From Spirogloea muscicola (lineage: Eukaryota): DNA of 64,000 nt. Below are positions 1 through 12,070 of this stretch, in pieces; the stretch's first letter is position 1, and the number at the start of each line of letters is the position of its first letter. Below the pieces are notes generated by a model, which saw only the letters and a program-made list of their open reading frames with translations, was not told the origin of the DNA and did not search any database. The stretch covers positions 718,673-782,672 of the forward strand of contig WELB01000003.1 of assembly GCA_009602725.1 (NCBI GenBank). Direction: 5' to 3'. The position numbers and the translations under genes were made by a program.

Positions 1-58
1 AGCGGCGAGGCCGCTGCCGGCTCCGGCAGGCGTCTTCCCCCGCGGCTGCGCGCATGAC

Positions 59-213
59 ATGGCCGCCCTCTGCGACCTGCTGCCGGCGGCCGCCGCCGCC
101 GCCGCAGACTCGGCAGGCCTGGACCCCATATCGATCGCCTCTCAGAGCTTCGTGATCAAGCCCCGCCCCGTCCCCATCCTGCTGCCGCCTCCGAAGAGCC
201 GGATGAGAGCCAC

Positions 214-244
<31 letters not shown>

Positions 245-2466
245 AGCCATTGCCAGCCGCTCGAGCAGTGCCAAGCCGGCTGCAGCATCTCCACGCTGAT
301 CACGCCGCGGCCACCGTGCGGCCCCCAGGCCTGGGTGCTGCCGCACGTCGCCGACGAGGAGGTGCCCGCTTCCCTGCGTTCTCCGCATGTGCATGAGGAT
401 GCGGCAAGGCCGGGGCGAGGCCTCCAGGACCAAGCAGCGGTCCTGTGGCCGATCCCAGAGGAGCCCGCGCTGGCCGCTGCATGCAACGACAGCGTCGCCG
501 CTGACTCGGTCTCGTGGCCGGCCGTCTGGGAGCTGCCGCGGTCGGGCATCGTTGGCGGCATACTGGCCAACCTTCTGAAGGTGCACGTGCGCAAGCAGGT
601 GCGCTGGTGGAGAGTTTTGCGATCAGGCTCCGGTGACTATCTGCTACAGTAACTCACATCACAGAGCATGTACGTGTATCACGGACAAGTCTTGTGTACA
701 GTATGATCATGGTAATGAATTGGATACAACATGATAAAATTGACGACTGTGGTAATGATATTGGCTATAGTTTGCGCTCCTCTTGTAAAGCCGTCATCCA
801 TATAGCAGCGTCTCAGTGGCTGCCCTGGCTGTTACTGCCGCAGCTGGACTACGTGCACAGGCTGGACGTTTCAATAGGCGGGAAGAGCTGGGAGCTCCTG
901 CGCGGCCGCGCCGCACACTTCCAGCTTCGCATGCTGGACGCCTCCTTTGAGGTACACACCGAGCAATCACCACGCCAGGTGACGAGGCGCTTGATCACTC
1001 AATGCTGCATGTTTTCATGTTGTCAAGCATGTCTTGAAGTTGACGTCAACAGCAGATTCTGCAGATGAGGACGCTGAGGATCGGGGTCGGCATGTGTTCT
1101 CTCCTTGCTTTGGCCTTCAAAGCGGCCTCCTTTAAGGGGAGCTAGCGACGTGTTGTTGCTGCAGGGCGCAGCAGCAGCTGAGTGCCTCGTGAGGACGCTT
1201 CCAGGCGTGCACGTCGAGTGCAACTCGGGGCATGCTCGGCATGTCAGCGGCAGGTCAGCCTGGCACCTGATTGCCAGCAAAGGCCACCAAGCGATATGAT
1301 TCGAACCAGATGGGATCAGATTAACAATCGAATACATGCAGATCAAGAATAGTTTGGACCCAGTTGCAGCTACAATAGAGCCACGACTTCGTAAGTAATG
1401 CGTGCATTGAAGTTGCAGGCTGCTGAAGAAGCCTGTGCCAATCGAGGCCTTCGTCTGCGTCAAGGAGGAAGACTTCAACCGCAAGTAAGTCAGACCCTTG
1501 CCACAAGAGCTGGGGCCTTGCTTGGCCTGCCGCTTGCCACCTGCGCAGCCGAGCAGCGCTGCGCAAGGCTATTCGCATCAACGCGGCGAGCTTGCTCTGA
1601 GCTGTTCTGCTTGCATTTCTCCATCCGTTTCCCACGTGGATAATGGGCAACAGACTGCAAGCCAACTGAATTTTCCCTAGCCGGATGCACGTCCTTGTTT
1701 TGCATCACCATCACAGCTCACAAAGCTGCATTGTAACGAAGTTACATTTCATCAAAGTATGACTTGGGACTCTGCGGTTTGAGAGCATAGTACCGGCTGG
1801 GAGGGTGGCCAGGGAGCTGACATAGCTGGCTGATCCCAGCCAGTGGGCTCTGCTATGACAGTCTGAGGACGTCGGAGCTGCTCAAGGGCCTCCTCGCCGA
1901 TTTTTGGCATTTCCGGTTGCAGACTGCAGCTGCAGGTCTGTTGCTGAGCCTGCGACCACAATGTACAAGGCGCTTCACGAGGCGACCTACTCTTGGCAGA
2001 TCTGATGCTCACATATTTGCCTGCAACAGACAAAATCCAATGGGCAAGTACGAAGCCGCTGCCGAAGTTACACGCGGAGGTCCTTGACGGCGTTGTGCTG
2101 CTCAAGGAGGCGCCAAGAAACCAGCTGCTGACGTCGAAGGTCGTGGCAGCGTTCAAGGTGTCAGTGGGCAAGCTGGACAGCACGCTCGTCATGACAGAGA
2201 TCGAGTGGCCCCCGGCAGCGAGCACGCCCAAAACCCTGCATGGTCAGTTTCTGGCCCCTTGGGGTTCGGGCTTATGTTGGCCACCACTTCGTCAAGGAGC
2301 TCAGTTGATCAGCTTCTCTACTGTTGCTCCCATGCGAGGCCTTCAGGCTGCACCTGTAATTGGGGGATCAGCTGAATCTCCCGATAGTCTGCATGCTCCA
2401 TTCAGCACTTCCGACCTGAGTGCTTCATGCGCGGCTTCGCTGATGCTCTTTTGCAAGCTCAGGTGA
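59..2466 (+). CDS. DUF2993/LmeA-like protein, spliced, with a long Ala/Pro-rich N-terminus (possible plastid transit peptide); 3' end uncertain
   Basis: Exons joined at GT-AG sites (~59-598, 844-951, 1164-1252, 1419-~1484, ~2030-2241) give ...ILANLLKVHVRKQ|LDYVHRLDVSIGGKSWELLRGRAAHFQLRMLDASFE|...|LLKKPVPIEAFVCVKEEDFNR. This resembles cyanobacterial-type DUF2993 proteins (recognised from memory, not searched). Confidence 0.55.
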
Positions 2467-3295
2467 CAAGCAAGTCGCAGATGGTTCAAACGTGGCGCCT
2501 TCTCGGCCCCTGTGGGTTGCCTCCCTTGACCTGCCGCCAGGAGCCTCATATGTCTCCTTCAAAGTTACAACGGGCCGGCTCGAGACGCATGTACGCTTGA
2601 ATCTGGAACTTTAGTATTCAAATACCACAAAACCATCAGGATCAGGGGCCTCGATTTGGCCAGATTTCCATAGGCGTCCCTCTCACCCCACAATCTCAGT
2701 AGCTGCACAAGCCGCATGTCCACTTGGACTCCTCTCTTCATTGCAAGCTCTGTGGGGAGAATGAATGACAAGGTCTGTATGAGCACAACTCAGGAGCAAT
2801 CTCATCATTATTGCTCATTCGAGGCCAGATGACTTTGCGCTCTTTAATAGTACCCGCGCCTACCTGAGGCTCCAATCGACAAACCTATCATTTGCCGGAG
2901 CCCTCGTTGTCAAGATATACAGATGCTATGTGGCAGCCGCTATTCAATCACGGCTCAACCCAGAGAGTGCCAATGCTGGCATGCAATCAGAGTGTCTCAG
3001 CTTCTGCTGGAGATCTTGTGGATCAATCCATCAGAACTTAGGATTCTCTCAATACACGCCACATGCGGCACGCTGCAAACAGCCGACAGCTGAAGCCTGC
3101 AGCACTCGCTGCTGGCGGTGGCTGGAAGCCTCGATGTCAAGCGTCCAGGCTGCTAAGGCCGGAGCTTCAGAGTGCACCACGCTGTAGAAAGCCCTCTTGC
3201 CAGCGTCTCTGGTGGCTTGACAAATCGTCTTCAGCTTGGGATAGAGTGGAGGTGAGCTGCCGCCGCAGCTATGATACAGAGGCCCCTTGCCGTGC

Positions 3296-4989
3296 TCAGG
3301 CTGTCACGAGCTCTGCAGGCTGGTCAATGTCAACGCCGCAGCTGCCGCTGGCCCCTGGGCTGCAAGAGCATCCTCTGGTGCAGCAGCAGACAGCCTCCAA
3401 AGGTGGCGGCATCGATGCTCCTGCACTGGCTGCGCTGATTGCAGGTTGCGCTGGCTCTTTGACCGATCCTGTCGCAACTCCGAGGCTGACAATATGCGCG
3501 CGGAGCCCGCCAGTGGAGACTGAGCCAACATGGAGGCGGCCGCTGGGCAGGTCCTCGCTCGCGGTATTCGCAGCATTCACGGCCACCAGGGCAATGCTCG
3601 TCGACGGGCCTGAGGGTGGGCCTGCTGCAAGCGGCGGGGCTGCCGCTGCTGGACTGCCGTCCAGGGCCGCTGCGGAAGACCTTGAGCCGCCAGCTCCCCC
3701 ACCATTCCCTCCGACGGCGGCGGCGGCGGCAGAGGCAGCGGCGGCGAGCGAGGCGCGGCAAAGCGGGCAGGTGGCTTCGCGGTCGAGCCAGGAGTCGATG
3801 CAGGGCGAGTGGAAGGCGTGCGCGCACTCCGGGAGCTGCGTGAGCTCTTCGGCAGGCCGCAGCTCCGCCAGGCACACCGGGCATAGGGGCGCTTCCTGCT
3901 CGAGGCATCAGTGACAAACATGAATCAGTACGGCCATGGAGTACCAAGTCCATGATACTCCACAACGTATTAAAAGTCACCGAGCTTGCTACCACCAAAA
4001 GACAACATGATGGCCAAGAGCACACCTGGGTGGCGGCTAGCCTCGCAAGGAGCGCGCTGCCCGATGAACGGATGAGGATGCCATCACGGAGCGACCGAGG
4101 GAGGCCCTTTGCCGGCTCGTCGCCACCAGCACCGTCTAGCACAATTGACACGGGCAGCATCGGCCGCCGCCGCAGCCGCCGCCGCGGGCAAAACCACCGC
4201 TGCCTGCCAAGCGAGGCGCCGCTGGCTATGTCAGCGGGCTTCATTGACGGTCAGCCCAGCAGATCGTGGCTGGCACATGGGCCCCAGCCGCTATCGGCAA
4301 ACGCTTAAGCGGCAAAGGCAGGGACGCCGGCGCCCGCGAGCGGGGCACCTGCATCTGCCGCAGCAATCAATCAAGCAGATGCGAGGATAAGGTGAAATCC
4401 TCAATACCAGCTTGTCACTGGAGCCTCGACTGCCATCGTGGCTCCTCCTGCAGCCGGCCTCAACCTGCGCAACACGCGGTGGACAAGCCGTGGGGCCAAG
4501 GTGCAACGCGCTTCTGCTTGCGATGCCCTAGGGCAGACGGCTTCTGCCCTGCCGTGCGGTAGCAGCGCCAGGCAGGAGGCGCACACTCCTCTCTACCCCC
4601 CAACCTCCCCTCCCTTCCTCCCTCACTACCTCCCTCTCTTTCTAGTGTGAACTTCATAACTGCCAATGCAGCTGCCACTGACCGTCTGCACTTCCAAACA
4701 TCCCCATCTCATCCCCCAATCTCCATCTCCGGAGATGGGTCCCAAGGAGCAGCGCCCAGAACATGCGCCGCCTGCCAGGATTCAGCAAGCCAGCAGCGCA
4801 GCAGCGCAGAGCATGCAGGCTGGTCGAGTGGGCCGCCGCCGCCGCCGCCATCTGGGGCCCCACCATTGGGGAGACAGCCGGAGGCGGAGGGGAATAGTCC
4901 CACCTGCGCGCACGCTGGGCGTAGCACCACGCGAAGAGGATGGTGTTGACGACCAAGGCCGCCGGGACGACCGCGAACCGCACCCACAT
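3296..4989 (-). CDS. ATL-like RING-H2 E3 ubiquitin ligase (N-terminal transmembrane helix plus RING-H2)
   Basis: Exons ~4989-4904, 4203-4026 and 3895-3296 splice in frame. Hydrophobic segment [24 protein letters not shown]-like [16 protein letters not shown]2 CPVCLAEL...[27 protein letters not shown]. The start may lie further upstream, across the N at 5130. Confidence 0.8.
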
Positions 4990-5056
4990 TGCAGGCGCCG
5001 CTCCCAAAGCCCCCGCCTTTGCCAGGCACGTCTCGCCGCCAGCGCTAACGAGCTCA

Positions 5057-5100
<44 letters not shown>

Positions 5101-5369
5101 AATGTGCGGGCTGCCGGGCCGCCGCCGTTNCTCCGCCGCCGCCGCCGCCGCCGCCGGCGTAGGCACCGGAATCTTGGGGAGGGGGGGAGGAGGGCGGGGG
5201 GGAGTTGCAGGAGAGGGCGGCCCGGGGGGCAGAACAAGGAGGAATGCGGCTGCCGATGAATAGTTAGCGGCTTCTAAAGCGAGCCAAGTGCATACAGAGG
5301 GACGTTCGTGACGATGTTAGCGGAGCCACAGGCTACTCAGACATGGCGGCTCTTGGTTCACTTTTGCTG

Positions 5370-6425
5370 ACTAGAGAAAGTGGCTCTCCCGAAGCGGGCA
5401 AAGGGCTAGAAGCAGAAGAAAGGGCGCTAAGGGCCTCCAGGGAGCTACTCAGATCTGATGTTGCTCACTCGTGGGTACTGAGCTTTCCTCTGCATCGTTT
5501 CTGTGTTCGGCAGTATGTTGTAGTGTAGTCCTTTCTCCGGCTCCTCTTGCTTTGGCTTTGGACACTGTCCATTCTTTTTTTGGGCTGGCTTGGCCAGCCC
5601 CTCTTTTCTATGGGCGCGCTCTTCTCCCGGCCACCGCCCTCTACTGGTATTGAGCGCACACTCGCGGAAGTCACGGAGAGTAGAATCGTGCTCTTTCCGG
5701 CAGCTAGTCTGTCGGGTTTGAGGCTCCTCACTCGTAACTACTGAGTGGCCCATCCTCCCCCGTTCTGACATAGCGTCTTCAGGCCCCTTTGTAGCTGCTT
5801 AGCGCTTCTTAGCGCCCCTCCATCATTTGGCCGCTTCGAATCTTTGTCAATTCTTTTTCGGGCTGGCTTTTCACAGCCCTTGCCCCCATTAAGAGTGCCA
5901 GTTTCCTCTTTACGACTCTTCCTACTCCGACTCTTTTAGGGCGTCGCTTTTCCGCCCCTCTAGTTGTTCTGATCTGCAATTTGCTAATTGAAGATTATTG
6001 AGCGGCCCACTTGCAGAAGTCACGGAGAATAGTATCCTGCGTCTTGCGCTTTGCGGCCCCTTTCAGACCTTGTACAAATCTTTGGGTCTGGCCTCTCACA
6101 GCCATTGTTCACGCTGGAAGAGAGCTGTTTCTTCTAGTAGAAGCAAGCGCGGCCAGATTAGCCGGTGGCTGGGAGAGGCCAGCCCACAGAAATGGACAAG
6201 GTCTGAAGGAGCCGGAGTGCGAAGGACTGAGACAAGAGAAGTGCGCGCCCATAGAGAAGAGGGGCTGGCAAAGCCAGCCCAAAAAAGAATGGACAATGTC
6301 CAAAGCCAAAGAAAGAGGAGCCGGAGAAAGGACTACACTACACAACACTGCAGAACACAGAAACGATGCAGAGGGAAGAGACAGCAGCAAGCGGACTCTC
6401 AGTAACCTAACCTTCTGGTTAGTAC
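5370..6425. mobile_element. Cluster of 5'-truncated CRE-like (RLE) non-LTR retrotransposon 3' ends, both orientations
   Basis: Hairpin modules at 5582-5600, 5860-5879 and 6084-6103 (+), and at 6167-6185 and 6262-6280 (-). C-terminal peptides SYSDLMLLTRGY* (5443-5481), AASLSGLRLLTRNY* (to 5744) and VLTRRLGY* (6425-6399, -) match ASVSDLYVLTRGF* at the end of ORF 62534-63430. Confidence 0.7.
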
Positions 6426-6537
6426 CCCGGTGTCAGCAATCAAGAGCCAGATTCGGGGAGAGGAGGGGGGGAGGAGGGAGGTTGCAGGGAGGTGGAGCAA
6501 CCGGCCGCCGAGAAAGGGCCCCCGCCACTCCGCGGGC

Positions 6538-6547
6538 GCCACGTGGC
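6538..6547. promoter_or_regulatory. Perfect palindromic G-box GCCACGTGGC
   Basis: Exact motif in a GC-rich, promoter-like segment beside a purine/pyrimidine patch (6455-6490); target gene uncertain. Confidence 0.3.
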
Positions 6548-7445
6548 GTGGCGGCGGGCCGCGATCTTGCCGCCGCCGATTCTTGGAAGCGTCTTCCCAT
6601 GGTCAACGCCTCCCACGCTGAAAAAAAAAAAACCGCCGGGCCGACGGCGGACGCCGCGGTGAAAGTTGGCAGGGTTTTGCCAGCCCGAAAGGTCTTCGGG
6701 AATGGAAGGGGTAAGATCATCCTGTGCTGGAACTCTGGGCAGGCAAATGCTCGAATCTACGTTTCACGATGTGGCGACCATGGAGAAGAGGAAGGAAGCA
6801 TCCCCACAAGAAGGGGGCGGCGGCGGTGAATGGCAGAATGACGGGAGGGAGCAGCACGAGTCGGCATTCCGGAGGGCAGGGTAAGCCGACCTCAGATGCG
6901 CGGCAGCAGCGCATCATTCGGACCTTTGTCTGTTCCTGGGCTCGAACAGCAGTCGCCTCATTCTGGAGAAGCTGCTTCTTCTCCTGCTGCTACGTTCTCC
7001 TACCCGTTCTCCGAGCCATTAACCACTTATTTCTCCTTACCTGGATCCTATACACGCTAGCAAGACATGGTACGCACGCTTCTGCCAACAGGGATGGGGA
7101 TGAATCTTGATCGGACCGCTTGAAGATTGCCCGACAGTATCAAGCAAGTGATTACCAAAGATACAAGATGGTTTCCGCAGTAGTAGGCACAGCAAGCCAA
7201 GTAGGTCAAGAGGCTGTACGTTGATTCATTGACGAAGGCAAACGTGTATAGCACCATGAACAGCAATCCACTTGATATTGAGCTTGTTAGTCAATGACAT
7301 CCATATAATCAGAGACATTACCAGGCGACAAAGTACATGTGGAGCGACAGCTAAGTGCTTAAGGTTGTAATCCTGTGTACACCTGTGCTAAGAATGACAG
7401 GATACAAAAGAGTAGATTGTACTCGGCATTGTTGAGATTCTGCAC

Positions 7446-10400
7446 CTAGCTATCATAGACGCGCAGTACTTGACGAATCCTACTCCGGCAGATCGGACAT
7501 TGGGAGCTCTTCTCCTGGGCCAACCTGTGCGCATATCACTCGAAAAACGGGGTCAACTCAAGAGGTCATCTAATAACATGTCAAGTGGGGAAAAGTAGTG
7601 CTTCAACTTAGTGAATGTCAAGAATCCCTTGTATGCCGTGTATTGACATGCTATGACTCAGCATAACTGGAGATGCAAGCTAGAAGAGCAAAATGCTCAA
7701 AGCATACTTCCATAATGCTAAGGATCCAATTCATGCGCACCTGACACCACAGGCATAGCAGGTTGCTCTGTGACCACAGGGATCAAAGATGCAGTCCTTG
7801 GCTGACTCCATGCAGACAGTACAAGTCTCATCTGTTCCACTTTCTTCTGCACTGGAGCGCGCACCCTGACTAAGAGGAGGAGCAGAAGGTGCTGCGGAGA
7901 ACGGAACAGAGGTCGCTTTTGAAGGCTCAACAAAAGGATAACTTCCAGGAACACTGCCTTGTGGCTCCTTGGCCCGTTTGTCAGGCCGCTCCTGATGAGC
8001 AACGCTCCACGGAAGATGCTGCTCTCTGGCATCTATGTCAGAGTGAGCCCAGGGTGCACCGCTCGACGGCAGCAGCAAGTCCTGCTCCCATGCCGTCACG
8101 CTTTGGCGGTAACCAAACCATGCATCAATGAGGAAGGTGATGAAGATAGTGAGCCCTGTGCAGGGTTGCCAACAAAACATGTGCTCAACGTCAGATGAAG
8201 CCGACAAACTTAAGTGCACAGAAAAAATACCATGTGATTGTTATGTGCAAAAGTCAAGGTAAATTGAGTCAAGTGAAGTTTGATGGAAGGTGCAAGCAAA
8301 CTGCCTCCCACTGCATAGACGTTAGAGCAGGAAAATAGCCTATAGAGTCATCACATTTCCTTGCTGCACAAAGCAAATAGCTGCCTGCCTTGCATAGACG
8401 CCATTGCAGGAGAAAGGGCACTTGCCAATGAGGAGCAGGTAAGCGAGCCAGCGAGGCTTGTAGCTCACACGCACCGGCCAGACCCCCTATGAGGAGAAGC
8501 CAGCAGAAAATTGAATCAACAGGCTAATGTCCATCTCACTAAACATCTGATGATAAGATCAAACCCCTTAAACCGCAGATTTCAGAGAATGAAGTCATGG
8601 CAAGGCATAAGAATAAAAGTAACAATAGCTCCATCTTTTGACTGCTTAGAAACGGACAGACTAAGCCAGGGAATATTAGCATCTTCTACCCATCTGTGTT
8701 TACCTATATTCCGTGCTGGCGTAACTTTTATAGCTCTCAAATCAACACTAAGGATTTATGACCAGCTGCAATTTGTGCTTGTACCTCTATATCTCCAGTG
8801 GTGATGACTGCTGCGCCACCGTGTAACAAGGGCAGTTCAACTCGACAGCTTTGCCTTGGTGGCATTGAGCAACTTGTGATGCGGCCGGACTGGTCATAGG
8901 TCCTACTCCGCACAGACATGTCTACCTGCATCTGTGATGATGACGTACGGATATGTCCACAGCATCAAAGTGACCGTCGCTGATGCTGACGCAGCAAGTG
9001 CAGCATATGTCTTTGAGGCTGACCACTCTGCCAGGAAATATAGCACATGCCAAATTACACGTGATGAGGGTATGGAAGATACCTTGTTAGTGTTGCGCTG
9101 AAAGTTCCCAAAGGCAAAGAAGTAATCTCCATTCTGATGTGCCACAAACGTGACTGTTGAAGACCCTGTAGATGAGGGAAGGAAGGGAAGGAAAGTCGAC
9201 AATCGACCATCATTAGCAACTGGCTGGTAGTTTATGATCAAAATGCAGACAAAGGCATGCATAAGGTACAGCACATGACAAGGCATTGTCTCACCTGAGA
9301 ATATATATGTTGACAGCATAGGTAACACTACAGGGCCAGAAGGGCAAGGCATACCAACGATTCTCTCGCTGTGAAGATACTCGCGGAAGCTGATTGGACG
9401 TGCTTTCCATGACTGCAGCTGCTCCTTACCTGGAAAGAAGGAGAGACAGATGGGAGCTTGACAGTGACGAGTCATGGATATTCTTTGAGTTGAAGCGTCA
9501 CATGGCAAGTCTGTACAACATATCATGCAAACCAGGAAGGAAAAATATAAATTGTATAGCTATTAACGATGCAGGAGGAAGTTGCTCAACAATGAGTACC
9601 AAATGACTTGGAAGAAGTATCGACTGAATACCCAAGCCAACAGCATAGACAGTCAGGAGAGAGAAGAAGCACTAGAGCTCACCCCTGATGATGTACAAGT
9701 AAATTGGCCTATCACTGTAGACATCCACATCCAATTGAACAGATGAGCCCTTAATAAGCCACAAAGCCCATGTCTGCAGCACATATCCAATCAATGGCCC
9801 CTAGCTTTTAGGCAGATGCCACCGCTATCAAGTCCTGAAACAATTTGCATAAGCGCCATAGTCCACTTGCTTGGGCACAAAAAGAAAGGTGCTAGCTCTC
9901 TCCTAAGAGAGCTGTGTCATATGCAAATTTCCAGTTACTCCAAGAGCATGCGCACCTGATACCCTTGTCCTCTTAGTTGGACATCCTTGTGACTATGCTT
10001 CCAGACTCTGAAACCATCAAGAGGAGGAGTCCTTCTGAAGCTGTTAACATTGCAGCCATCCCCCACACTGCTGATATCCCCATGATTCACCTGGAATTCC
10101 ACAAGAGCAATTGCAAGTTGTGTGATCTGCTCCACGAGTCACACTTCTCCAAGATCACAGGCCTTCTTTCTGTAGATTGTCATCACAGTCGTCCAAATAA
10201 TCATCACACAGCAGACAGACATAGCACTTGCCTGAAGTGCCTTGACAAAGAATGACGATGCTTGGATAAGACGTGACTCGTACTGTCCCAGGTCAAGGTC
10301 TTCACTTGAGTACACGCCAAATAGGAGCCACACAGCAACTGCACCCCCAGAACAACAATTCCCACAGGTCCTGATTCATAGATCTTAAATTGCTTGAATT

Positions 10401-11352
10401 GCTTGAATTGCTTAAATTGCTTCCACCCACGAGTAGCACGTCTGCCATATGAAAGTCACTAGTCAACTTTCCAGCTAGGCAACTCCCTTGATAAAGAAGA
10501 GGCAACCACCAAGAAGCCTGTTCTGCTCACCAAAGCACACAAGGATGTTGGAAAAGGTTATAAGTCCACTCCAAGCGGGCTTCCGGGAGACTCTTGTGGG
10601 CCTCTCACGGTATGAGTAACCAAGCTGCCTGGAGTCATCGTGCCGCTCCTCATAGTACGGGTAACCCGTATTGGGGTAGCCTGAAGTGGGGTACGTTTGG
10701 TAGTACTGCTGGCTTGTGGTGCCTCTGTTGAGGAGACTCGCAACAGCAGCCCCTGCTGCAAAGCCCGCGCCGCCTGCTGCTATGGATGGCCACCACGAGC
10801 CTCCCTGAGGCCTCTCAAGTAAGTTGTCAGACACCAATAGACACGACGACTTTAACATACTACTATATCATGGTATATATGACCTATACAGAGCATGGCT
10901 GTTTCATGTAGAACAGCCATGTCAAGAAGAGGCTACTAAGGGCACTGAAGGCACTAATACAAGGTCACCGCTGGTCCGTTTCTGCATGGAGATAACAGCG
11001 TCCAATGGCTGAGCACAGGACGGAAAGCCTAAGTGTCCCACTGCAAGTTAGATATACTGTTAACTAACTTCTCTGCTATACTTCCTCTGGACCTTTCAGG
11101 CACAAAGACGTCAAATCACCAATACAGATATACTCTGCTGCAGTAGCTCCGCACCTCAGGTTGCCTGGCGAAATCGGCGTCGCCGAATTGGCCAGACGCC
11201 CCCGCCGCGCTGTGCTCGTTGCCGAAGCCGTCGTCGCCCCGCGACGCAAATCCTCCCGAGCCGCCGAAGCTGTCGTCATTGCCGCCTGCGCCGCCGCCGC
11301 CGCCGCCGCCGAAATCGTCGGCCCCGAAGGTGCCGCTGTCGCCCTCGCTCAT
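7446..11352 (-). CDS. APD-family (ABERRANT POLLEN DEVELOPMENT-like) RING C3HC4 E3 ubiquitin ligase, multi-exon
   Basis: Exons encode LLFGVYSSEDLDLGQYESRLIQASSFFVKALQ, TWALWLIKGSSVQLDVDV, GDYFFAFGNF and a TM segment. C-terminal RING CTVCMESAKDCIFDPCGHRATCYACG...CPICRSRIRQVLRVYDS*, stop at 7446-7448. Gly/Asp-rich N-terminus from ATG 11352. Confidence 0.8.
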
Positions 11353-11552
11353 CCCGCCGCCGCAGCAGCAGCTGCGCACACGGCTTGCCTGCCTGCAGCG
11401 CCTGACTCGCAACGCGCTGCGGCTGCTGCGACGGCGGCGGCGGCGGCGGCGNTAAGTGGCAGGAAGGCAGAGGTCTGGTTAGGCAATGAGGGCGAAGCGG
11501 TGAGGGAGGGCGGCCCCCCGGGTGGGGGGGGGGGAGGCAGGCAGGCTTCCGA

Positions 11553-11560
11553 AAACCCTA
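11553..11560 (+). promoter_or_regulatory. Telo-box AAACCCTA upstream of the APD-like gene
   Basis: Exact octamer about 200 bp upstream of the ATG; a known plant promoter motif, but short. Confidence 0.3.
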
Positions 11561-11669
11561 CCGAAGCACTGCCCGGCGGCTTTGGCTTGGCTGTGCCAAT
11601 TTAAGAACGTGTCTGAGCAATTGGCGACTCAGGTTCAACTTGCTCAAGAATGCGGCTGCTGATATTGAA

Positions 11670-12070
11670 AAATCGGCTGTGAAAAGCCAGCCAGATGCAG
11701 ATTGCTCTGGGCGTCGTAAGCCACGACGGGCTGTGGTGCAGCTGACTCGTCGCTACGTGACCGGGCAGTGGTCCTCGAGCAGCCGTGTCGTGAAAGTCAC
11801 AGGTCAGCCATCAGTCTCCAGGCACAAAGTCTGCTTTGCAGCAGCACCTTAGTCGGGCCAGGCTAGATGCTCACACATAACTTCAAGTAGGTGAAATAGG
11901 ACAACGTGCTGCTGTGGCCCTATCAGTCGTCACCGTAAGCTGCTGCTCACAATCACCATAGTCTCTTGCATAGCTGTGTGATTTTAGCGCCATTCGGCCC
12001 GTTTGGACCTTGTTCTGGGCTGGCTTTTCACAGCCCCCGCCCCCTTTAGAAGAGCTCAACTTCTTTGCCG
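11670..12070. mobile_element. CRE-like retroelement 3'-end modules
   Basis: Hairpin at 11675-11692 (-) and exact 20-mer at 12017-12036 (+), followed by GCCCCCTTTAGAAGAGCTCAACTTCTT. Upstream CTTGCATAGCTGTGTG (11965-11980) is shared with the minus-strand copy near 37730. Confidence 0.6.

Noticed and set aside
3063..3914. Long + strand ORF (and similar ORFs at 19831-20607, 24591-25565, 61220-62188)
   Set aside because: Arg/Ala/Pro-rich open frames expected from high GC content, overlapping real genes or promoters, with no recognisable motifs.
5860..5879. Hairpin resembles the histone mRNA 3' stem-loop or a REP/CRISPR repeat
   Set aside because: No histone genes are present, stem and loop differ from the histone consensus, copies are irregularly spaced in both orientations with no spacer periodicity, and no cas or RAYT genes are seen. 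The link to the RLE ORF terminus explains it better.
6780..6884. Possible orphan first exon (MEKRKEASPQEGGGG...|GTAAGC)
   Set aside because: No downstream exons or homology could be established, so it is too weak to call.
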